From: a bacterium
GTDB taxonomy: Bacteria > Sumerlaeota > Sumerlaeia > SLMS01
Reading direction: 5' to 3'
Length of the DNA stretch: 64,000 nucleotides
Assembly (NCBI GenBank): GCA_016125005.1
Contig: WGMQ01000008.1
Coordinates: 44,606 to 108,605, forward strand
The notes beneath the pieces were generated by a model. That model had not been told where the DNA came from, ran no database searches, and worked only from the letters and a program-made list of their open reading frames with translations. This document shows, piece after piece, positions 54,077 through 63,921 of this stretch (position 1 is its first letter; the number at the start of each line of letters is the position of its first letter). The translations under genes were made by a program, and so were the position numbers.

Positions 54077-54964
54077 TCAACCCTGAACCCGCCGGATAGC
54101 ACTTTCCAGCGTGTTGCTGAGCAGCATGGCGATGGTCATGGGGCCGACGCCGCCGGGGACCGGGGTGATGGCTCCTGCGACTGCGGCGGCGCCGTCGAAT
54201 TCCACGTCGCCTGTCAGGCGGTAGCCCTTCGGCGTCGAGGGATCTTCGAGCTTGTTGATGCCAACGTCGATCACGGTGGCACCGGGCTTGATCATGTCGG
54301 CGGTGATGGCGTGGGCCTTGCCGATGGCCGCCACCAGGATGTCCGCCTGGCGACACACGGCACCGAGGTCCGCCGTCCGGCTGTGGCACACGGTCACGGT
54401 CGCGTCGCCGCCCTTCCCCTTGTTGACCAGGAGCTGGGCCATGGGCTTGCCGACCAGGTTGCTGCGTCCAACCACGACCGCGTGGACTCCCGCGGTCTTG
54501 ATGCCGCTACGAATCAGCAGTTGCTGCACCCCGAGCGGCGTGCAGGGGACGAAGCCGGGAATGCCCGATGCAAGACGACCGGCGCTGATAGTCGTGAGGC
54601 CGTCGACGTCCTTGTCGGGGGAGATGGTCTCGATCACGCGGCGCTCGCTGATGTGCGCCGGGAGGGGGAGCTGCACTAGGATGCCGTGGATCGCGGGATC
54701 GTTGTTCAGGCGCTGCACCTCGGCGAGGAGACCCGCCTCGCTGACGTCGCCCGGCAGGTCGATCTGCACCGAGTGAAAGCCCGCTTCCTTGCACGCCTTG
54801 GTCTTGCTGCCGACGTAGGCTTTCGACGCCGGGTTGTCGCCGACCAGGATCACTCCAAGGCCCGGTGCCGCGTGTCCCTTGGCAACCAACTCGGCGGCAC
54901 CCAGGCGAACTTCCTCGCGCACCTCGGCGGCGATTTTCTTTCCATCGATCAGCTTGGCGGACAT
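54077..54964 (-). CDS. folD: Bifunctional 5,10-methylene-THF dehydrogenase/cyclohydrolase
   Basis: [12 protein letters not shown]...[17 protein letters not shown]...[13 protein letters not shown], ...[14 protein letters not shown]. The start was trimmed to MSAK. Confidence 0.9.
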   Translation of the reverse strand: MSAKLIDGKKIAAEVREEVRLGAAELVAKGHAAPGLGVILVGDNPASKAYVGSKTKACKEAGFHSVQIDLPGDVSEAGLLAEVQRLNNDPAIHGILVQLPLPAHISERRVIETISPDKDVDGLTTISAGRLASGIPGFVPCTPLGVQQLLIRSGIKTAGVHAVVVGRSNLVGKPMAQLLVNKGKGGDATVTVCHSRTADLGAVCRQADILVAAIGKAHAITADMIKPGATVIDVGINKLEDPSTPKGYRLTGDVEFDGAAAVAGAITPVPGGVGPMTIAMLLSNTLESAIRRVQG

Positions 54965-55049
54965 GGCATTCCTGCTCCGTGAAGTTTCAAGAAACAGAGG
55001 AGAGGCTGAACTCTGCCACAACCGCGGGGAAAGCAGGATTCGCGGGAAT

Positions 55050-57095
55050 TTACCCGCGGGCACGCCACGAGGTGGAGCTGACCGAACAACTCCGGAGCAC
55101 CCCATGGTCGATGTGATCCACCAGTTCCTTCAGCTCGTGCTCATCGAGATAGCGCAGCAGATGTTGGCCGCGCAGCGACGGCATCCAGCCCTGCGCGCTG
55201 GTGGACGTGATCGCGAAGAGCAGGTCGACGTTGTCGGGATTCCCCTCCTGCGTGAACGAGGACCGCTCGTCGGGAAAGAGGCGCACGCGTCCGGCCTCGA
55301 CCGGCGTGTTGGGGCAGACGAGCTGGACGCGACCGCTGCTGCCAAAAAGGATCAGGCTCGTGTGGCCAGTGGCGCCGGGCTGGAAGCAGATGCGAACCCG
55401 CTGGCCCGTGGCCCATGCATGCTCCTCATGACGCTTCGCCACGCCGAGATCACGCGTGCTGGGCGGTGTCGCGGTGCTGTGCTCGGTCCATACAGCGCTC
55501 GGGAAGGGGGCAGGCGCACGCAACGCCCCCATGAGGAGCGCGTGCAGCCGGTCCCGTGGTGACAGCGGGGGTGCAGGCGGCGGCGGCGGAGCCACAACCA
55601 CAGGGGCTTCAACCACTGGAACCACGGCGATCGATGTCGGCGTGGGTGCGGGGGTAACGGGTCCAGGAATAGGCGCCGTGAGGGTGCTCGCATGAGCCAC
55701 CACTTTTCGCGGTCGCAGCATCAGTGCCGCCACGACGATCGCCACCAAAAGCAACGGTAGGACCCACATCCACCACTGGATGGAACCCGATGCCACATTT
55801 CGAGAGCCGACCGCCAGGTTTGTCAACGGAGCCGCCGCCACGCCAATTCCGATCAGCGGCTTGATGCGCTCAAAGGTCCGCGCGTGTTCGGAATCGCTCT
55901 CGGTCTGGCCGCTCTCCAGATACTTGATGAGGTCGTATAGATTCGATCCGTCCGCCTTCTGGATCGAGTCCTGGACCCGGTTGAAAGTCTCAGGCGTGTA
56001 GATCGACACATGCTTGTCGGCGATTTGCTTCAGCAGAACGGTGGCGCGCTGCTTGTCCTGCTGGAAGGCGCCGCTGGCAATGTTGTCGATCGCGAGCGGG
56101 ATCAGCCGGGCACCTTCATCGCCCGCATACCAGGGGTTCTGTCGCTTGCCGCGCTGGTTTGCCCATTGTCTGGTACCCTCCGATGCGAGGCCCGCGACCG
56201 TGTCCAGGCGAATGAACCCCGCGTCGTCAGGCGTTGCGGATCGGAGCGCCCGCAGCAGATGGTGTGTATAGACACCATGGCCCAACTGTTCCTCCTCGTG
56301 CGAAAGCTCGGCAGCACCGCAGGCCATGAGGACGGCCATGCCCGCCGCCCGCTCGAACTCGGCCCTGAAGGCTCCCTCCATGGCATTGCTCATGGCTGGA
56401 AGCGAGCGCGTCCCGCCCCCCAGGTTCTCACGGCAAGCGTCGATGATGATCAGGCGCTTCTCGGCGACAGAACTGCCGATGCGCGACTTCACATCCTCCA
56501 ACGCGATGGCTGTCGATTTGACGTAGTTTCGGTCCCCATCCGAAGGCATCACATAGGCCGCGCCGCCCTCCTCAAAGCCGTGGGTCGCCACCGAATAGAA
56601 CACCATGTCCGACGACTGGCGAGGGGCTCCCGCCAGCCAGGTCAGGCCGTCCAGCAGCGTCTTCTTGCGGCCATCAACGCGGGTGGCTCCTGCCGCCACC
56701 AAGGCCGCCAGCTGGGTCTTCGCCTCTTCCGTCGATGGCTCACCCGATAGGGCCAGCCGGACCCTCTCCGGCGGGATCAGCCCCAGCCCGAGAGAGAAGG
56801 CATAGGCAAGCCCGACAGCATCGTTCACCGCAAATCGCAGGTTGGGAATCGCGTCGTTCTGCTCGAACTCTCCGACCCCGATGAAGAGCCCCGCATTACC
56901 CCCTGACGAGACCGGCGACACCGACTCCGATCGGGGACGACCCATCGCTCTCGATCCAATCTGCGCCTGCCCCCCTCCCGGAAGTGCCATGAGCAGGCAT
57001 ACCACAAATGTCAGCAGGCGGGCAAATGTCATGAGCGGACCGGTCCGAAGCAGGGGATGCCCACGGAGGCTATGCCGCTGATCGGATCGGCTCAA
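55050..57095 (-). CDS. Membrane-associated caspase-family (peptidase C14) protein with TM segment, Pro-rich linker and DUF4384-like C-terminal domain
   Basis: Caspase His/Cys dyad context [13 protein letters not shown] and [15 protein letters not shown]. Signal/[22 protein letters not shown]. Mid [22 protein letters not shown]-terminus ...[27 protein letters not shown]. Confidence 0.7.
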   Translation of the reverse strand: MSRSDQRHSLRGHPLLRTGPLMTFARLLTFVVCLLMALPGGGQAQIGSRAMGRPRSESVSPVSSGGNAGLFIGVGEFEQNDAIPNLRFAVNDAVGLAYAFSLGLGLIPPERVRLALSGEPSTEEAKTQLAALVAAGATRVDGRKKTLLDGLTWLAGAPRQSSDMVFYSVATHGFEEGGAAYVMPSDGDRNYVKSTAIALEDVKSRIGSSVAEKRLIIIDACRENLGGGTRSLPAMSNAMEGAFRAEFERAAGMAVLMACGAAELSHEEEQLGHGVYTHHLLRALRSATPDDAGFIRLDTVAGLASEGTRQWANQRGKRQNPWYAGDEGARLIPLAIDNIASGAFQQDKQRATVLLKQIADKHVSIYTPETFNRVQDSIQKADGSNLYDLIKYLESGQTESDSEHARTFERIKPLIGIGVAAAPLTNLAVGSRNVASGSIQWWMWVLPLLLVAIVVAALMLRPRKVVAHASTLTAPIPGPVTPAPTPTSIAVVPVVEAPVVVAPPPPPAPPLSPRDRLHALLMGALRAPAPFPSAVWTEHSTATPPSTRDLGVAKRHEEHAWATGQRVRICFQPGATGHTSLILFGSSGRVQLVCPNTPVEAGRVRLFPDERSSFTQEGNPDNVDLLFAITSTSAQGWMPSLRGQHLLRYLDEHELKELVDHIDHGVLRSCSVSSTSWRARG

Positions 57096-57130
57096 TCTTA
57101 TTTCACACAGGATTTTTCAGTCGACGTCGA

Positions 57131-57454
57131 TCAATCCAGGAACGCGGCGGTCCGACGGATTTTCTCCGCGATTTGGAGACACTTCTCCCGGTTCGGCGGC
57201 AGCTTCCACTCAAGCTGCACCAGCCGGTCCAGGTGGGCGGCGATCTCGATGGCGGGCATGCGCTTGCGGGCCATGACCGAGAGCGGTCCCACGAAGTCGT
57301 TGTACTCGGATTGGAACCCCGGCAGCCCGCGCAGGCTCAGCGGATCCCATGAATCCAGGATCCGCTTGATCTCCACGCGGATCGTCTTCATGGCCATCTT
57401 GGCGTTCTGCTCTTCGCTGTTGACCGGATCGGGCTGCTGGGGGGTCTTCGCCAT
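57131..57454 (-). CDS. Hypothetical protein (107 aa)
   Basis: The ORF abuts hpt and has no recognisable motif. Confidence 0.35.
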   Translation of the reverse strand: MAKTPQQPDPVNSEEQNAKMAMKTIRVEIKRILDSWDPLSLRGLPGFQSEYNDFVGPLSVMARKRMPAIEIAAHLDRLVQLEWKLPPNREKCLQIAEKIRRTAAFLD

Positions 57455-57460
57455 GATTGG

Positions 57461-58033
57461 TTACTTGCCGCTCTTCTCGTAGATGCGGGGGCTGAGCACG
57501 CCGATGTAGGGCAGGTTGCGGTAGATTTCCGCGTAGTCCAGCCCGTAGCCCACCACGAACTTGTCGTCGAGGTCGAAGCCCTGATACTTGATGTCCACAT
57601 TGGCGGCCCGGCGTGCGACCTTCTTGTAGAGGAGAGCCGCCACCTCCACACTTTCCGGGTGATGAACCTTCAGCAGGTCGCGAATCGCTGCCAGCGTGCG
57701 GCCCGAATCGTAGATGTCCTCGCACACCACAACATGCTTTCCGCGCAGGTTGATCTCCACGTCCTTGGTGATCTGCACGCGGCCGCTGCTGGAGGTGGCG
57801 CTGCCGTAGCTGGAGGCGCCCACCATATCGAAAGAGTGTGGGATGTCGATGGACCGGCTCAGGTCAGAGAGGAAAACTAGTGCGCCGCGGAGAATCCCCA
57901 CCAGCACGAGCGGCTTCCCTTTGTAGTCCGCGGATATCGCCGCCCCCATCTCCTTCACTCGTTCGCCGATCTGCTTTTCGGTGAAAAGGATTTCCTCGAG
58001 ATCGGGATGCATGTTCTTCGTGACCTTTGACAT
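57461..58033 (-). CDS. hpt: Hypoxanthine(-guanine) phosphoribosyltransferase
   Basis: PRPP-binding motif VVVCEDIYDSGRTL. Conserved DFMVGASSYG-type segment (DMVGASSYGS). Confidence 0.9.
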   Translation of the reverse strand: MSKVTKNMHPDLEEILFTEKQIGERVKEMGAAISADYKGKPLVLVGILRGALVFLSDLSRSIDIPHSFDMVGASSYGSATSSSGRVQITKDVEINLRGKHVVVCEDIYDSGRTLAAIRDLLKVHHPESVEVAALLYKKVARRAANVDIKYQGFDLDDKFVVGYGLDYAEIYRNLPYIGVLSPRIYEKSGK

Positions 58034-58072
58034 AGTGGCGAGATGATTCCTGTCAGATGGGGAGGATGGCGC

Positions 58073-58684
58073 TTACTTGCGCATGGTCATGCCGGGCATG
58101 GGTGTTGAATCCTCTTCCTTCTCGAGCTTGCCCTCGTGAAAGTAGAAGATCTTGCCGCGGTCATAGTATTGGTAAATCACCATATTGCGCTTGTTGATGT
58201 CGACCGTGGTCTTGATTTCCATCGGGTCGCCATAGTCACAAAGCGTGCGCAGGTTGTCTGGGAGGTCGCGCTTGACCGGGCCTTTCGGCTCGAACCGGAA
58301 CGCCAGACCCTTCTCCAGATAGATCCACTCAAACTCGGTCTCCGTGCGCTTCTTGCGCTTGTCCCGCTCCAGCCACATCTTCTCGCGCAGCTCGCGCTGG
58401 GTGATCACGCGACCGGTCCGATCATACAGAACCCGGAAGTAGTCGGGCCTGCCGTACTCGTCATAGACGGCCTGTTGGAAGGCTGCCTTGCGCTCATCCT
58501 TGGGCCAGTCCTTCTTGTCGTTCGGCCAGTCGCCCGGCAGGGGAAGCACGTTGATGGAGAAAGTGGGATCGGCCGTCAGGCGACGATTCTTGCCGCCGCC
58601 ACAGCCTGTCGCCAAGCCCAGGCAACCGAACACCACCGCGCAAAAAGCCACAAAACGCCACATCGAAAACGGGCGAGTCATCAT
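58073..58684 (-). CDS. Putative lipoprotein (signal peptide + lipobox LATGC)
   Basis: MWRFVAFCAVVFGCLGLATGCGGG. Confidence 0.5.
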   Translation of the reverse strand: MMTRPFSMWRFVAFCAVVFGCLGLATGCGGGKNRRLTADPTFSINVLPLPGDWPNDKKDWPKDERKAAFQQAVYDEYGRPDYFRVLYDRTGRVITQRELREKMWLERDKRKKRTETEFEWIYLEKGLAFRFEPKGPVKRDLPDNLRTLCDYGDPMEIKTTVDINKRNMVIYQYYDRGKIFYFHEGKLEKEEDSTPMPGMTMRK

Positions 58685-59055
58685 TCGCCGAGCATCTCCT
58701 TGATCTGCCGTTGCTGCTTCTCCGCCTCGGCCAACTTCGCCTCCAGCTGCTCCACCCGGTCGCTCAGCTCCAGAATCTGGGTCATCTGTTCGTGGATGAT
58801 GAGTTCCTTTTCCTGAAGTGCCTCCGACTCGGGAACCGGTGGCCTGTTTGGATCCTCGCTGATCTGGGCCAGAAGCTCCCGGATCATCTCATCCTTCTCG
58901 CGCAGCGCCTCGCCCATCTCGGTGAGCTGGCGTTGCTGCTCGTGGATGACCTCTTCCTTCTCCGCCAGCTTCTGCTGGACGAGCTTGAGGATGTTCGACC
59001 CTTCCATGACTGGTCCACCGTATGCGGGATTGGGAGGCGGAATGGCGAGCGGCAC
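58681..59055 (-). CDS. Coiled-coil protein with internal duplicated heptad segment
   Basis: KEEVIHEQQRQLTEMGEALREKDEMIREL versus KELIIHEQMTQILELSDRVEQLEAKL. It overlaps the lipoprotein gene by 4 nt. Confidence 0.4.
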   Translation of the reverse strand: MPLAIPPPNPAYGGPVMEGSNILKLVQQKLAEKEEVIHEQQRQLTEMGEALREKDEMIRELLAQISEDPNRPPVPESEALQEKELIIHEQMTQILELSDRVEQLEAKLAEAEKQQRQIKEMLGE

Positions 59056-59159
59056 CGGGCCGCCGCGCAGGCAGGTTGAGAAAGGGCCGAAGGGGGGTGG
59101 GTGTCAAGGTTCAGGTCGCCGGGCGGAGCACAGCTTGCGCTCCGCCCGGATCGGCTGCG

Positions 59160-60176
59160 TCACAGGTCGTTGGTCAGCACGATGCGATAGCGTGCCTTGC
59201 CGGAGTGCAGGTGCTCGAACGCATCGTTGGCCTTCGACATGGGGAAGTGCTCCGTGGTTGGCTCGATGCCGTGGCGCCCACAGAACTCGATCATGCGGCC
59301 CGTCGTGGCGGGGCTGCCGAGCGGCGAACCGGAGACGGAGCGCTGACCCGCCACCATGGGGAAGACCGGCAGCGAGATGTCCGGCGCCACGCCAACCAGG
59401 TGCAGGCGCCCGCGCGGCGCCAGCGAATTGATGTACGCGGGCCAGTCGAGCGCCACGTTCACCGTCGAGATGATGAAGTCCAGCGATCCCGCCACGGACT
59501 TCAGCTGGTTGGAGTCGCGCGAGTTCACCACGCGATGGGCGCCGAGGCCCAGCGCCTCCTCGCGCTTGCTGTCGCTCGAGGTGAACGCGATCACCTCGCA
59601 TCCCCACTTGTTCAGGAACTTGAGCGCCAGGTGCCCCAGGCCGCCGATGCCAACGACGCCAACGCGATCGGTTGGCTTTACGCCAAATTGCACGATCGGA
59701 TTGAAGACCGTGATGCCGCCGCAAAAGAGCGGCCCCGCCTTGGCCGGATCCAGCCCCGCCGGGAGCGGTGTCGCCCACTCCTCGTGGCAGCGAACCTTGT
59801 CCGCAAAGCCACCATGGCGACCGATGATCGTCTGCTCTGCTGTCGCGCAAAGGTTATGGTCGCCGCTCATGCACTGGCGACAGGTCATGCACGAGTGGCT
59901 GTACCAGCCCAGGCCCACCGTCTGACCAACCTTCACCATCGTCACGTGTTCTCCCACGCGCCCCACGCGGCCCACCACCTCGTGCCCGGGCACGAAGGGA
60001 TAGGCGGTCATGTGCCAGTCGTTGTCGCGCATGGAAAGGTCGGAATGGCACACCCCACAGTGTGTCACCTCGATCTCAATTTCATGCGGCTTGAGGGAGT
60101 CGGGAAGGGAGAATTCCCACCGCTTCATCTCGCCCTTGGGGCCTTCCGCCGCCATTGCCTTGATCGTCGTTGCCAT
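59160..60176 (-). CDS. Zn-dependent alcohol dehydrogenase (cinnamyl/YahK-like, NADP-dependent MDR family)
   Basis: CGVCHSDLSMRDNDW...GHEVVGRV (catalytic Zn), C-x2-C-x2-C-x7-C structural Zn, and GIGGLGHLALKF (Rossmann). Confidence 0.85.
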   Translation of the reverse strand: MATTIKAMAAEGPKGEMKRWEFSLPDSLKPHEIEIEVTHCGVCHSDLSMRDNDWHMTAYPFVPGHEVVGRVGRVGEHVTMVKVGQTVGLGWYSHSCMTCRQCMSGDHNLCATAEQTIIGRHGGFADKVRCHEEWATPLPAGLDPAKAGPLFCGGITVFNPIVQFGVKPTDRVGVVGIGGLGHLALKFLNKWGCEVIAFTSSDSKREEALGLGAHRVVNSRDSNQLKSVAGSLDFIISTVNVALDWPAYINSLAPRGRLHLVGVAPDISLPVFPMVAGQRSVSGSPLGSPATTGRMIEFCGRHGIEPTTEHFPMSKANDAFEHLHSGKARYRIVLTNDL

Positions 60177-60256
60177 GCGTTCGCTCCAATCGATGAGTTG
60201 GTCGATCTATGCCGCTCTGGTGGGGAAGCAACGGCGGCACCAGCCCGCCTTGAGAA

Positions 60257-60817
60257 TCATTTCTCAACACCCCTCGCACGCCACTCGGGAGCCAACAGCC
60301 CCATGACGTGGAAGTCGCATCGTTCGCCCCGGTGCATCATCGCCTCGCGAAGCGTTCCCTCCAGCACAAAGCCCGCCTTGCGGTAGGCTCGCACCGCGGC
60401 CTCGTTCCCCGTCCAGACGTGCAGATGCAGCCGATGCAGGTTCAGCACATCGAAGGCGTAGGACACCATCGCGGTCGTCGCCTCTCCCGCGTAGCCCTTC
60501 CCCCATTCCTCGCGATCCGCTAGGCAGATGGAGAACACCGCCGCGCCGCTAACCAGGTCCACGCGATGCAGCGCCGTCACGCCGATGGCCCGATCCCCTT
60601 CCCAGAGGCAAATCGCCAGCGGGATGTAGTCGTCGCCCGCCTTGTAGAGCCCGGCGATGCGCTCCGCCTGACGCACGAGCGACGTGGGCGTGTGGGTGAA
60701 GAAGCTCTCCCGCACCGCCGGGTCGTTGTTGCAGGCCGCCAGCAGCGGCGCGTCCGTCGGCTCCAGCGGGCGCAGGTATAGACGTTCGGTTTCGATGAAG
60801 ATATTTTTCATGGGCAT
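60257..60817 (-). CDS. GNAT-family N-acetyltransferase (RimJ/RimL-like)
   Basis: ...VTALHRVDLVSGAAVFSICLADREEWGKGYAGEATTAMVSYAFDVLNLHRLHLHVWTGNEAAVRAYRKAGF. Confidence 0.75.
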   Translation of the reverse strand: MPMKNIFIETERLYLRPLEPTDAPLLAACNNDPAVRESFFTHTPTSLVRQAERIAGLYKAGDDYIPLAICLWEGDRAIGVTALHRVDLVSGAAVFSICLADREEWGKGYAGEATTAMVSYAFDVLNLHRLHLHVWTGNEAAVRAYRKAGFVLEGTLREAMMHRGERCDFHVMGLLAPEWRARGVEK

Positions 60818-60896
60818 CTCCGTTCACTTGCGGCGACCGGCCATCTTCTGCACAGTTCCCGCCGCGGAGGCAAGAACAGGCACAGGGAGGAGTGGC

Positions 60897-62114
60897 ATGG
60901 CAATTCGCAGCGATTTCTGGTTGGCGAACTCGGGCGAGCCCGCGTTGTTGGAGGATCTGAGCACGGCCGGCCTCAGGCTCAGCCAGACGGTCCCGCGACC
61001 GCTCGTCGAAATCCTCAAGCTGTCGAACGGCGGCGTGCCGCGGCGCCGCGCCTGGTGCCCCCCGGGAGCCCGCCGCGCCTGGCTCGTCGACCAGATCCTG
61101 GCGCTCGACGGCATGGAAACGGCCCAGGAACCCTACTCGGCCCTCGTGTTCGCCACCGGAGAGGGCGGCGACTATCTGGTCACCACCGGCAACCGGGTCC
61201 TGCACCGCGGCGCCCGCCTCACCGACCTTGGCGTGCTCCTCGCCGACTTCCTCGAAGGCCTCGTCTACGACGACGCACGCTGGCTCATCGGCATTCGCAA
61301 TCCCGCCGAGCAGAACGCCCTCCTCGAAACGCTCCGCCGCATCACCGGCGGCATCTTTCAGCGCGAATCGGAAAACGAGGAAGGCTTCCGCGCCCACCAC
61401 GGCTCGCTTGCGGACACCGAATCGCCCGGCCGCCCCGCCCGTCTATACATCTATCCAAACCGCGGCGACTACCCCGAGGCGCCCGACTGCCCCTGGATCC
61501 TGGAGGCAGCGATCCGCCTTGAGCAAAGCGAGGAGTGGGCGCGGTCGCTCGAGGGGCACAGCGACTTCGAAATCGTCCTCATCCACCGCCCGCCCGCGGC
61601 GCTCGTCATTGCCCATACCGACATGACCGCTGCCGATGAGGTCCCCCTCACGCCCCCGCCCGGCACCGTCACCACCGCCCCCGTCCCCGACAGCATTCCG
61701 CTCCTCCCGAGCCCCGTCGGCGGCGGCACCGGCAACGATCGCTTTGCCCGCGGTTTGGCCCGCCTCACCGCCATCCACGGCGACCACGGCCTTGGCGTCA
61801 TGAAGAGCCTCGAACCCATCTGCCCGGACCTCGCCCGCTTCATCATCGAGTACCCCTTCGGCGACATCTACTCGCGCCCCGGCCTCGACCCCAAGTCGCG
61901 CCAGATCGCCACCATGGCCTCGCTCGTCACGCTCGGCCACGCCACCTCGGAACTGAAGTCCCACATCCGCGGTTCGCTCAACATCGGCCTCACCCGGACC
62001 GAGATCATCGAGCTGATCCTGCAAATGTCCGTCTACGCCGGATTCCCCGCCTCGATCAACGCCATGCGCGCCGCCCAGGAAGTCTTCGAACAACTCGACA
62101 ACGGACGGGGGTAG
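60897..62114 (+). CDS. Two-domain protein: N-terminal SMI1/KNR4(SUKH)-like domain + C-terminal carboxymuconolactone-decarboxylase (CMD/AhpD-like) domain
   Basis: N-terminus RPLVEILKLSNGGVP (SUKH-like xLxxSNGG). C-terminus FIIEYPFGDIYSRPGLDPKSRQIATMASLVTLGHATSELKSHIRGSLNIGLTRTEIIELILQMSVYAGFP (CMD). The start was set at the ATG at 60897 with a GGGAGGAG RBS. The part of the track ORF upstream of this overlaps the GNAT gene. Confidence 0.55.
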   Translation: MAIRSDFWLANSGEPALLEDLSTAGLRLSQTVPRPLVEILKLSNGGVPRRRAWCPPGARRAWLVDQILALDGMETAQEPYSALVFATGEGGDYLVTTGNRVLHRGARLTDLGVLLADFLEGLVYDDARWLIGIRNPAEQNALLETLRRITGGIFQRESENEEGFRAHHGSLADTESPGRPARLYIYPNRGDYPEAPDCPWILEAAIRLEQSEEWARSLEGHSDFEIVLIHRPPAALVIAHTDMTAADEVPLTPPPGTVTTAPVPDSIPLLPSPVGGGTGNDRFARGLARLTAIHGDHGLGVMKSLEPICPDLARFIIEYPFGDIYSRPGLDPKSRQIATMASLVTLGHATSELKSHIRGSLNIGLTRTEIIELILQMSVYAGFPASINAMRAAQEVFEQLDNGRG

Positions 62115-62231
62115 GGGCGCGCGCATGGCATTCGGCGAGGCACGCCTCGTCCAAGAGACTGCGGGCCGCTTCAAAGTAAGAACCGCAATCTATCCCGAAC
62201 CGCGGAATTGTGGGTGATAAGTGAATAGTCC

Positions 62232-62258
62232 TTGCCCCGACAAGATCTGCTATATACT
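62232..62258 (+). promoter_or_regulatory. Candidate sigma70-like promoter (TTGCCC-15 bp-TATACT) for the low-GC terminal islet
   Basis: Motifs read directly. The spacing is suboptimal (15 bp). It lies about 30 nt upstream of a GGAGGA RBS. Confidence 0.2.
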
Positions 62259-62287
62259 CGAGTGCTTACATACTGGAGGATGTGTCT

Positions 62288-63709
62288 ATGTGTGAGATAA
62301 TTCGCGGCCTGTTGCTTCTATGGATTCTGGCGTCGCCCTCGTTGGTGCTTGGGGCGGAAGCTCTCGGCTCCGCGGAACCGAGAGCGGGCTATTTTGTAGT
62401 GCTTAATAGCCCGATCATCCGATCAGCTGCCGAATCGCCCAGCAGAGATGGGGAGCATGGTGTATTTGTCGAGTCTGCGGTCGCCCGGGCAGATATTCCG
62501 GTTCCAGCCGGACGCTTGTTGGGGCCATATGATTTCTATCCTGATGCTGTTGTTGTGCTTTCCTCGTTGTATACTCTTCAAACAGGTCAATCTGTAGGCA
62601 CCGGGATCCCGGGGCTAGAGGGCGAAGTTGATCAGATTTTCACAATCGGTCAAATCGTCCCGACGGATACTGCGTTGCAAGATCTCCATGCCGAGGCCTA
62701 CTGGCCGAAGGGATTTGCTTTTCCTGGAGTGCAACTTTCGGCATCTCATGGTCTGTGGAAGGATGACAGATACAAGCAGCTGAAAGCACTAGATGTAAGT
62801 GGTCAGAGCGCAGCCTATCAAGCTGCTGTGCGCGAGTCACTTGTGCAGTTGCGTAGCGATCCTGATGATCCGCTCTACGGGTACGCAGCTCTCAATATGG
62901 GAATTTTCAAAATACAATCTGGCGAGTACATCGTCGCATGGGGTTTTTTTCAGCGCATTGTATCCGGATATGCAACTGCCGAGCCGATTCATCAGATTAT
63001 GGCTATGAGGCGCTTGGCTTGGGTGCATCATAAAATGGGCGACAAGCTACGGGCATATCATTACTATACCGATCTGGAGGGGCTCGCGCTGGGTCAAGCC
63101 ACGGCGGTCACGTGCATGACTGAGCGGCTTGGGTTGCTGATGGAACTGGCAGAGCAGAGGCGCTGGGGCTCCCATGAAGATGTCCGCCGAGCAAAGAAGC
63201 AGTTCTACTCAAGAGTTCCGGCCACCTACATTCGTGAGCGGGCTGTAATGGACTTGATTGAGCACGAAAGTTGGGCCCGTCAGCCGAGTCCCGATTATCG
63301 TGAAGCGGCCCGGCTCGGAGAGATCATAATTGACACATATTCAAGCCTAGGGGATCTCCCGCAGAGGGAAGTTGGGCTTGCGATGGAGCAGACTGGAAGG
63401 TACTATGAAATGCTAGGTGAGAATGAAAAGGCGTTGAAGTTTTATGAGGATGTCCTTGCTCTACCTGATTCGATCGAAATCTTTGCAGGAGTGCAGCCGC
63501 AGGCTCGCGCTTTGGCTGGTATGGGAAGAATCGCCGAGAAAGTAGGGGATGCGGATCTGGGATTGCAGCTATTTCGAGATGTCTTAGCAATCTATCCGAA
63601 TTCTGACACTGCGCGTATGATAAAAGCCGGCTATCCAGAGGTGGTGAACACGCTCGCGCCTTCGCCTTGGGCGACGGCTAGAATGAAAAACAAGGAGGCT
63701 GTACGATGA
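62288..63709 (+). CDS. Secreted TPR-like repeat protein encoded in a low-GC region
   Basis: Signal peptide MCEIIRGLLLLWILASPSLVLGAEA. Helical repeat character (YYEMLGENEKALKFYEDVLAL, GMGRIAEKVGDADLGLQLFRDVLAIYP). GC is about 50%, against about 65% for the genome. Confidence 0.5.
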   Translation: MCEIIRGLLLLWILASPSLVLGAEALGSAEPRAGYFVVLNSPIIRSAAESPSRDGEHGVFVESAVARADIPVPAGRLLGPYDFYPDAVVVLSSLYTLQTGQSVGTGIPGLEGEVDQIFTIGQIVPTDTALQDLHAEAYWPKGFAFPGVQLSASHGLWKDDRYKQLKALDVSGQSAAYQAAVRESLVQLRSDPDDPLYGYAALNMGIFKIQSGEYIVAWGFFQRIVSGYATAEPIHQIMAMRRLAWVHHKMGDKLRAYHYYTDLEGLALGQATAVTCMTERLGLLMELAEQRRWGSHEDVRRAKKQFYSRVPATYIRERAVMDLIEHESWARQPSPDYREAARLGEIIIDTYSSLGDLPQREVGLAMEQTGRYYEMLGENEKALKFYEDVLALPDSIEIFAGVQPQARALAGMGRIAEKVGDADLGLQLFRDVLAIYPNSDTARMIKAGYPEVVNTLAPSPWATARMKNKEAVR

Positions 63710-63921
63710 ATGTGGCAAAATGTAAGACCAGTATCTGCGCTGGGGTCGCTTTTCTGTTCTTTACTACGGTCTTGAAGGTCGCCGGATTGGCGGCCGAAGT
63801 GGACCCGACGCCAACCCCCAACCCATCTTGCGGAACTCCGCCTCCGCAGCCACAGGGTACAGATGAGTGGCGAGTAGGTGGCGCATATCATGTTTCAGCA
63901 ACACTAGAGGCAGTCTCATAA
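63706..63921 (+). CDS. Small secreted Pro/Thr-rich peptide (71 aa), translationally coupled to the upstream TPR gene (ATGA overlap)
   Basis: GGAGG RBS. N-terminal hydrophobic signal (ICAGVAFLFFTTVLKVAGLAA). PTPTPNPSCGTPPPQPQG. Confidence 0.4.
   Translation: MNVAKCKTSICAGVAFLFFTTVLKVAGLAAEVDPTPTPNPSCGTPPPQPQGTDEWRVGGAYHVSATLEAVS

Noticed and set aside
53182-54102. 306-aa minus-strand ORF
   Set aside because: It is antisense to the DJ-1/reductase fusion gene, which has clear GxGxxG and nucleophile-elbow motifs.
7795-56275. Recurrent octamer GTCTATAC / GTATAGAC scattered through many genes
   Set aside because: Every instance inspected corresponds to a Val-Tyr-Thr tripeptide encoded GTC-TAT-ACN inside validated reading frames. 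This looks like a codon-context preference. It is not a dispersed repeat, a methylation motif or a restriction-site avoidance signal, since GTCTAC also occurs freely (for example 61262 and 29583). Genome-wide k-mer statistics would settle it.
59022-60386. 454-aa plus-strand ORF
   Set aside because: It is antisense to the Zn-ADH gene, whose Zn-ligand motifs are unambiguous.
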